A stretch of DNA of 38,945 nucleotides from a virus. Lineage: Duplodnaviria; Heunggongvirae; Uroviricota; Caudoviricetes. The stretch's first letter is position 1. Every line of letters starts with the position of its first letter. Below are positions 37,713 to 38,945 of the stretch, one piece after another. The translations under genes were made by a program, and so were the position numbers. The notes under the pieces were generated by a model. That model saw only the letters and a list, made by a program, of their open reading frames with translations, did not search any database and had not been told where the DNA came from. Location: IMG/VR virus record IMGVR_UViG_2531839524_000011. One strand, 5' to 3'.

Positions 37713-37750
37713 GATAACACAAAGCCCGTGAAAACGGGCTTTGTGTTATC
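37713..37750 (+). terminator. Perfect 16-bp stem-loop after the cargo operon
   Basis: gataacacaaagcccg-tgaaaa-cgggctttgtgttatc; no clear T-run, so possibly bidirectional or structural. Confidence 0.45.
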
Positions 37751-37763
37751 TATAACTCGAAAA

Positions 37764-37783
37764 TGTGGTCACTGCGTGGACAT
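37764..37783. repeat. Candidate attR core (direct repeat of 11..29)
   Basis: tgtggtcactgcgtggacat versus gtggacactgcgtggacac at the window start. Confidence 0.35.
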
Positions 37784-37949
37784 GCGCCGATACAAATCCT
37801 TTTATATCAAAAAGTTAAATCAACATCTTTTTCATCAACAAGGATTTTCACGTTTGTGTTACCTGTATGAGACGAGAGTTAACCGGACAAGTGTGCCATA
37901 ATCTCGCGGCCAGGCATACTTGCGAAGATTTCAGGTATAAGGATACGTA

Positions 37950-38945
37950 ATGATACAACCTATTTCCGGCCCTCCTCCTGGGCAACCACCAGGTCAGGGA
38001 GATAACCTGCCGTCTGGCGCGGGCAATCAGCCTTTATCCAGTCAGCAACGTACTTCGCTGGAAAGCTTAATGACGAAAGTGACCTCACTGACGCAACAGC
38101 AAAGAGCAGAACTGTGGGCGGGTATCAGGCACGATATTGGTCTGTCGGGAGATTCACCGCTGCTTTCGCGTCACTTCCCTGCCGCTGAGCATAATCTGGC
38201 GCAACGTCTGCTGGCCGCGCAAAAAAGCCATTCTGCCCGCCAGCTTTTAGCTCAATTAGGGGAGTATTTACGTCTGGGGAATAATCGTCAGGCGGTCACG
38301 GATTATATCCGTCATAACTTTGGTCAGACGCCGCTGAATCAGCTCTCACCGGAGCAATTAAAAACCATTCTCACCCTGTTGCAGGAAGGGAAGATGGTTA
38401 TTCCGCAACCGCAGCAGCGCGAGGCGACCGATCGTCCTCTATTACCGGCGGAGCACAATGCGCTCAAACAGCTGGTGACCAAACTTGCGGCGGCAACGGG
38501 GGAACCCAGCAAACAGATCTGGCAATCGATGCTGGAACTTTCCGGGGTGAAAGATGGTGAGTTAATTCCAGCGAAACTGTTTAACCATCTGGTGACCTGG
38601 CTGCAGGCGCGTCAGACGCTAAGCCAGCAAAATACGCCGACGCTGGAATCACTACAGATGACGCTAAAACAACCTTTAGATGCCAGTGAACTGGCGGCGT
38701 TATCGGCATATATCCAGCAAAAATATGGCCTTTCTGCGCAATCATCGCTTTCTTCTGCCCAGGCCGAGGATATTCTTAATCAGCTTTATCAACGGCGGGT
38801 TAAAGGGATTGATCCGCGTGATATGCAACCGCTGCTTAATCCTTTTCCACCGATGATGGACACGTTGCAAAATATGGCAACGCGTCCCGCGCTGTGGATA
38901 CTGTTAGTCGCGATTATCCTGATGCTGGTCTGGCTGGTTCGTTAA
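37950..38945 (+). CDS. flk: Host gene, Flk-like C-terminally membrane-anchored flagellar regulator
   Basis: 331 aa; proline-rich N-terminus MIQPISGPPPGQPPGQ and C-terminal TM anchor ALWILLVAIILMLVWLVR match my recollection of enterobacterial Flk; lies outside the candidate attR. Confidence 0.55.
   Translation: MIQPISGPPPGQPPGQGDNLPSGAGNQPLSSQQRTSLESLMTKVTSLTQQQRAELWAGIRHDIGLSGDSPLLSRHFPAAEHNLAQRLLAAQKSHSARQLLAQLGEYLRLGNNRQAVTDYIRHNFGQTPLNQLSPEQLKTILTLLQEGKMVIPQPQQREATDRPLLPAEHNALKQLVTKLAAATGEPSKQIWQSMLELSGVKDGELIPAKLFNHLVTWLQARQTLSQQNTPTLESLQMTLKQPLDASELAALSAYIQQKYGLSAQSSLSSAQAEDILNQLYQRRVKGIDPRDMQPLLNPFPPMMDTLQNMATRPALWILLVAIILMLVWLVR

Larger units (their letters stand above)
1..37783. mobile_element. 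P2-like prophage (int at left, ogr plus cargo at right); left boundary at or beyond the window start
   Basis: Collinear P2 gene order int-C-cox-A...Q-P-O-N-M-L-lysis-R-S-V-W-J-I-H-G-FI-FII-E-T-U-D-ogr; candidate att core repeated at 11..29 and 37764..37783; host-like flk follows. Confidence 0.85.

Noticed and set aside
1-38945. CRISPR arrays, rRNA genes, IS elements
   Set aside because: No regularly spaced short direct repeats with unique spacers, no rRNA-like conserved blocks, and no transposase ORF flanked by terminal inverted repeats were seen; the only recombinase-associated repeats are the gix sites and the att candidates.

Overview
The window is almost entirely one P2-like (Peduovirus-type) temperate myovirus prophage, with a host-like flk gene at the right edge (37950..38945). 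Gene order is canonical P2: integrase (1..1005, -), C repressor / Cox switch, an expanded early region, rolling-circle initiator A, then cargo, then portal Q and terminase P (-), O-N-M-L capsid genes, a lysis cassette, R-S-V-W-J-I-H-G tail/baseplate genes, FI-FII-E-T-U (-), D and ogr. Superimposed on this backbone are several accessory modules. The most notable is an AT-rich two-gene ABC-ATPase + TOPRIM module (10165..11885, -) sitting exactly where P2 carries tin/old; it looks like a split OLD-family or PARIS-like anti-phage system. Others are a plasmid-type ParM/ParR actin partition pair with iteron-like repeats (8616..10035), a Gin/gix tail-fibre inversion switch (25028..28761), a hok/mok-type toxin locus and two AT-rich cargo genes near the right end (36031..37682), and an SPFH lipoprotein module in the early region. 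A candidate att core repeat (11..29 and 37764..37783) places the right prophage boundary just upstream of flk. All calls are from reading the sequence and ORF translations and from recalled family knowledge; no database search was run.
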